Source of the DNA: the human T2T-CHM13v2.0 reference genome, Homo sapiens
DNA length: 64,000 nucleotides
Strand: one strand, 5' to 3'
NCBI RefSeq assembly: GCF_009914755.1
Contig: NC_060927.1
Part shown: piece by piece, positions 58,021 to 64,000 of the stretch
Layout of the letters: the number at the start of each line of letters is the position of its first letter
Numbering within the stretch: position 1 is the first letter of the stretch
Made by a program: the position numbers and the translations under genes
The notes under the pieces: generated by a model
Seen by the model: the letters and a program-made list of their open reading frames with translations, nothing else
Told to the model about the DNA's origin: nothing
Database searches by the model: none

Positions 58021-59905
58021 AGCTGTGGCTCTCACTGTAAATAAAACAAATCTTGAAGCTTTTAAAAATGCAATCCAATCTAGAACCGCAAATCTGATTT
58101 ACACCTTAAATGCTGGCCACATGGAGATACATGATAGCATAAAAAGGGGTGTTCTGTAGGACTGTCCTACATGCAGAGAAGAGGCTTCTTCACCCCCCAC
58201 CCCCAATCTCTGTCTTTCATTATAGGAAGGAACTATGACCTCTTAACTCACTTCCTCCCTTCCTCTCTAAATAGAAAAATGTTAGCTGTCTCTCACAAAG
58301 TCAGCATTCTTTGGATAAAGTATAATATCCAAGTGGTTCCAAGAGAAAAGGCTCATTATTTTGTAAACCACTGACCATCAAATACCAATTATCTTAGGCC
58401 TTAATGTCACTAAAATAGCACTTCAGAGGGAATGGAAATGGCTTTTTATTTGACTATATGATGGTAATTCTCTTTTTGGTTGACAGAAGGAAAAATACTT
58501 AAAGTTGAAATAATACTTGATCTAAAGAAACTAAAATTCTAAGCAACCGATCCAATGAACAGAGCCCCCGGGGGCAGGGTTCAAAGGAAGCAGGAGCACT
58601 GATAATTGGGGATTTATCACTGCTTGAAGAGGGGCACTGATAAAGTTCAGGCTGGCGATCCAGCACTAACGTTCCCTTGGCTGCCTGGTCACAGTGGCTC
58701 TAGTCTTCCTCAGTGCTGCTTAGCTGCTTAGCAATACCAGCTCAGTGTGAATCAGACAAGTCACTGGAAAAAAAATGGCTCATTCAGAGCCTCTTGCAAT
58801 TGGTAATTCCACACAGAATGGGCTAGCATCTTTGCCCTAAAGGAATTCATGTTCTTAGTATAGTTTCATGTTATTGCTGGGCTGACCCCTTCCCTAAGGC
58901 TTTTCATGTGAAGAGGAAAATTAAAACTTTATGATTTAAAGCATTCCATATTTTAAAGATATGTGCATGTAATCATAAGCTTCATTTCCAGTCATTCTCT
59001 CTTACTAGCAAAGGAGGGTCCTTTTATTATGAACACAATGAAGAAGAAAACAGCCTGCCCAATCACATCCTTTTTATAGCCTTAGCAGAGGCCATTTGCT
59101 ATTTCAGTTGATCCTAAAAAGTGATGTATTCATCATGAAAAATCTGAGGGAAGCTTGATGAACTATAACAGCAAACAGCATCTGTTACCACAAAAAATTT
59201 GCTCAGACACTAAAGATACTGTTTACTTTCCAGCTTCTTGAGACCTCTACACCAACCAGTGGAAGTGGATGCAACTTTCTGACTGTAGGAATGTACATTA
59301 TTGATAGGAAATTCTGGAAGGAGGACACAGAGCAAGAGTGGAAGCATAACTGTATTTCAGTGACCTTTGTAATGCCAAAGAGGCAACTTCCTCGTAAGAG
59401 CTAGTTCTTCTATAACTGCCAAGCTAGAGAAGCTCTGAAGATGGTCACTATTTCCATGGTAATTGCTTTGTAATGTCTCAATGGTTCCCAGGGCATGTTT
59501 CTTGACCTGATGCTAAAAATCACCTCGAAATGGGCCATAACAGGTCATTTTGTTCTGCTGACTCTAAACTGATCTCTGAAGTAATGCTTTAGGGCATTGC
59601 AACCAGATCCATATTTGCAAATTTTACTCTCAGATTTTAAAAACTGTCCGCTAAGGTACATCTGATTGGTTTCTGGGTTGCCCCATTAATTAATTTATTC
59701 ATGAGCCCCCCACTGAATACTGATTTCTCTGAAAAGCTACTGAAGAAATAAAAGGCATGTGTTCTGGACCATCAACGTTTATAGTGCACATGGAAAGTCA
59801 ACCTGCCTCTGAAGAGAAAAAAGAACACAGGCATTTCTAGGAAAGCAATAATGACAATGGTGGGTAGGAGTTTCTTCTTTTACCATAACCACCTTCCTTT
59901 CTTAC

Positions 59906-60012
59906 CTTGCTCTGATGGGTTGAGATCCTAGTCTGGGTCCCAGAGCACTACCATTCCCAGGAGAATTCTTTCTGGCTAATGCTGGGGATATAGAAGTTGT
60001 TCTTTGAGGCAC
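59906..60012 (-). CDS. TNIK: TNIK exon (~18): VPQRTTSISPALARKNSPGNGSALGPRLGSQPIRA(S)
   Basis: tcttccag|GTG acceptor, AAG|gtaaga donor, 107 nt. Confidence 0.96.
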
Positions 60013-62221
60013 CTGGAAGAAACCAGAATTCAGAAATATTTTCCATAAAGTAGCTTCCATAGCCTGTTGTCAGAAAATCCTCCTTTCCAATGATTTGCCA
60101 GAAGCCACAGAAACTATCCGAAACAGTAAAGAACTATCTTTCATTCATTCCTCGAAGAAATATTAAACTCCCTAAACAAAATCAAACAAAGGTCTACTGG
60201 CAAAAAACAATGAGCAAATTTGGGAACCATTAAAGAGGGTCATCCTCAATCTTAAAAACAAATTTAAAGATAGGTAAAGCTAATAATTTTGATACACTGA
60301 GCTAAAAATAATTGACCTCTCTTGGTTGGGCAAAAGTGGTAAATACCAGGAATTTCTTTAGGGTATCATTAACTCATTGGAAGTTGCATCAGCTGAGAGC
60401 CACCCAGATGAAGCAAGTTCCACTTTTAGCTTACATCACAATAAACAGATAAGGAAATCATGAAATCTGGTGAGAAACTAGAATATCAGGATAGAGCTTA
60501 AGACATAAGTCATATGTTGGTGAGCTCAGAGAACCTACCACAGTAGATCTTGAATGTTTCTACTTTCTAATTGATTTGCAATTACCTACTAAAACCAAAA
60601 ACCAAAAGCACTGTGTCTTGGTCAATTAGTGAACATAATAGAACATAATACAAAGCAGAATTAATACTGAAAATACTGGAAGGATCTTCAAAAAGGCTGT
60701 GTAAGTACCAATAAGACTTGAGGAAAATGTATTATTATCTTATCTGGCAGAAACCTAAGGTAGAATTGAAGTATGTCCCAATTTATAAAACAGACATTTT
60801 AAAATGAAATTAAATATTTTAAGTGTACCAAAGGAGTCCGTTATTTAAAAGAATCATATTATGAATCCTAGTATAGAAAATTACTTTCAGTGTAAAGTGT
60901 CATCCTTTGTTTTGAAAATTTAATTTTTATTATTCATTTTAACATAAAGATGAGTCAGTAAAGTAAAGCAGAATGACCAAATCAATGCTACTACCTGTTC
61001 AAATTAATTATTACTATTTTTTCTTTTCCTTACCATAAATGTACATAGTTGTAGAGACAGAAGAGCCTAACGAATTCTTAAAACCTAAGTTTTTGAATTC
61101 ATCTAAAATTTTCTCCCAGGTTCATGCATGTATGCCTGCGTATTTTTAGAGAGTGGACCAATAAATTCAGTTTTCAGCTTTTCCATCTATTGTGTCTGCT
61201 CCTTTGCCCACTTTATTTTTCATATTGACTTTTGCTCCCTATGTACCCTTTTTTTTCTGATGGCATTTCTGCTTCCACAAAGAATCTCAAAAAATTATCA
61301 GCTTTTTTTATTTTCAAAATAATGGGACTCTTGTTATAATATCCTTTTAAGAGGAAGATGAGGAAATGTATTTGTAATTGAGTAAAAGCTTCTTTTTCTT
61401 CTGGAATTAACAGTGGCATTTTCTGCAAATTGTGGAACATTCCATTTGTCACAGCCTCTATGCTAATCTCAGGAAAAGGGGGATTCCTGAGCCAGGAAGA
61501 ATCCGATGCAAAAAATGTCTCTAGTATTTTGAAATACTTCCAGGTTGTTTGTAGCTAGATGCACACAGCCACATTCTAGAACATTTCTTGGAATGAGTAA
61601 TGACTTGGTATAGGAAAACAAAAGAACCCAAACTCAGGGCTGTTCTGTCCAGTGGAATGGCTGGTCATTTTACCCTAAGGTTTTTCCTCAGTAGTTAATT
61701 AAAGATGGAAATAAATTATGACTTGGCCTAGAAAGAGCTTTCCTTAAAATGGGGCCAACTAAAATATCCTAAGAACAATACTATCTTCTGAACCCCTGAA
61801 ATCTGGCTTCACTTTTGTGTTGTTAAAAATAGGAATACATGGATTTTCTACTTTTTATCTGGAAGTTTTCAATTGTCTTGATGTAGATTCAGTCATCAAT
61901 GAAATATCCATTACTTTATTTGTTAATATGGATAGCAAAATGACAGTTTGGAATACTTGGTGTTGAGAGTTCTAACTTTGGACGTAGGATCTGTGCTTCA
62001 ATCTACCTGACTTCAGTTTTCTTGCGGGGGAAATAAAGGTCAGACATGGTAAATGGCAATCCAAGTCTTAGCCAGGGAATGAAGAGGGACCAAAACAAAC
62101 ATGAGAAGGGGAAGTGCTTTGGCATGATCACATTCTCCACTACTACGAAAGGTCTGGAATAGTGGTAATAAAAATCATCAGTGATGCTGGTGATTAAAAA
62201 AAACACCCCAGTAAATATTAC

Positions 62222-62461
62222 CTTTGGTGGAATGTCTTCTTCCTGTCGTAACCAAGAGCTTCGGTCAAACTTTTCAATGCGAGTGGGGAGAGGAGGATTT
62301 TCCGAGGTGGGATCTGAGTTCTGGCGTGGCATCTCCACGCGGTGGGAGGTCACGTTCAGAGCCTCCTGAAACCCAGAGAGGCCCTTTGTGGGCTGCTCGT
62401 GCACTGACTGGGAGGCGGTCAAGGCAGGTCCCTGGGATTTTACAGCTACCAGATGTGGGAT
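62222..62461 (-). CDS. TNIK: TNIK exon (~17): IPHLVAVKSQGPALTASQSVHEQPTKGLSGFQEALNVTSHRVEMPRQNSDPTSENPPLPTRIEKFDRSSWLRQEEDIPPK
   Basis: gatgcttag|ATC acceptor, AAG|gtaata donor, 240 nt, phase 0-0; overlaps ORF 62003..62422. Confidence 0.95.
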
Positions 62462-64000
62462 CTAAGCATCAAAACAACATGAAAACAGCACTATTAGAAG
62501 AAAAAAGAGATCAGCCAGTACCTCAGTGAGCTGAAGGAAAAAAAAAAAAAAGTTCAAGGGCACAAAAATTGGACTATAGAGAGTCTATCACAACTATATA
62601 TAGCATGTTTTTTAACAGCTCTTCAAAATTTTCCATTGGAACGATATGTAGGGTTGGCACAAAGTTAAATGATTTACTTGGGAACGCTAAGTCAGTGGAA
62701 TGTGTGAAATAATAACAATAACTACTGTATATTTAGTGAATATTTATTGACCAGCAATGCAATGTATTTTATAAGCACTTCTCTGCTAATATTATGAAAT
62801 TCCTCCTTTAAAACCCCTAACTTTTACATTAGAGGGTGTTGCTCTGTAAAACAAAAACTGCTCTAAATATCTTACTTGTTATGAACTCACTGAGTCCATC
62901 CTGAGGTGGATACAGTCATTTCCCTCATTTTACACCGGAGCAATGTAAGGTGTAGAGAGGTTTAGCAATACCCTAGATTGCACAGATAACACCTGCTGGA
63001 GCATGGACTGGACCAGGCATTCTACACCCATAGCTCATAAACCTAACCTCTATGATATTCTACTTTCTCCTGTGCTGGCTCTTACCATCTATGCTGTCGT
63101 ATTATCTCTTGACACCAGGATGTAACTTTTTGAGTTAAGTATCTCAACTAGGCCAACTGGGCATGTGGTGATACTGTTCACGCAGGGAAGACAGGCAGTC
63201 TTTCAGCGAAGTTGTGGCTCTTAAAGACAAATCATTAAAATCCAGAGTGCAGGGCACCACTTTGCCATAGCACTGCTCACACCTCATAGTTAGTGCTTAT
63301 CTAAGCGTGTCTCCTATTACTTCACGAAGGTGAGCTCCCTAGAGAGAGGCACTATGTCTGTCATGCTCATCGTCATATCCCCTAGGCTAGCTCTGTGCCT
63401 GGCATGGGGAAGGTGTCCCATAAATCCTGGTTGGGGAAAAAATCTACAGTGCCTTCTAAATTACACTGTTAATTCAACAAACATTAGTTTAATATCTGTT
63501 TTGTGCAAGGACCTGTCAAATCCTCTTTGGTTTTAAATTTAAGTGCTGGAATGTTATTAATGACAGTTCAGAGGAAATCTTCAAAGCCCAGTTTAGCTGA
63601 ATGTTAAGCTTCAACCAGAATAGAACCTACTGGATTTATATTAATGTTAAATATCATTAAATAAATAATAATATTAAAACAAAGCCCATTTAAAAAAATA
63701 TCTAGTATAAAACACAAACCCACTTTAAAAGAGCCAAAAAATAAAAAAATAAAAAAAACCACACCACACAACCCCCAAACTGAAGCACCTGAAGAAAGCT
63801 TAAGTGAATTAACTGTCACAAAATATCTACATTTTCACTCTGGTTGTTCTCATCAAGTACATTTTCCCTCTCTTCTCCCCTTTTAAAGGCCAAAGTACCT
63901 TCCAAGGTCAACGTTAGGGGTTTTAAAAGAGGATATTTGTACATTAAAATAGAAATTCCTGTAAAAAAATGTATCTTTTTGAGGGTTAGGCATGAAAGAA

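Overview
Human-like (Alu/L1-rich primate) genomic DNA containing the 3' part of TNIK (TRAF2- and NCK-interacting kinase, STE20/GCK-IV family) on the minus strand. I traced 17 coding exons by hand, all with GT-AG boundaries and consistent phases. They join into an uninterrupted 769-aa C-terminal reading frame (IPHLVAVKSQ...RNSMMNW*), matching residues ~592-1360 of the recalled 1360-aa protein: the intermediate region plus the CNH domain. The set includes a 24-nt microexon (SYKKAIDE) and is followed by the start of the 3'UTR. Exon numbers (~17 to ~33) assume a recalled 33-exon model. The intronic MIR569 hairpin lies ~420 nt downstream of the microexon. Introns contain 13 Alu elements/fragments, several L1s, LTRs (THE1, MLT2, MLT1), MER20/MER5 and microsatellites; MIR/L2 remnants were seen but not delimited. 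I found no evidence of a wholly new biological system. The most notable unexplained observations are: a degenerate 45-nt copy of a coding exon in the neighbouring intron (one of several short local duplications), two frame-preserving cryptic cassette-exon candidates (one doubling as an AG|GT recursive-like site), an Alu-L1 composite sharing one target-site duplication, and motif clusters around the microexon. Most ORFs in the supplied track are spurious or repeat-derived. Repeat subfamily calls are from memory of consensus sequences, not from a search.
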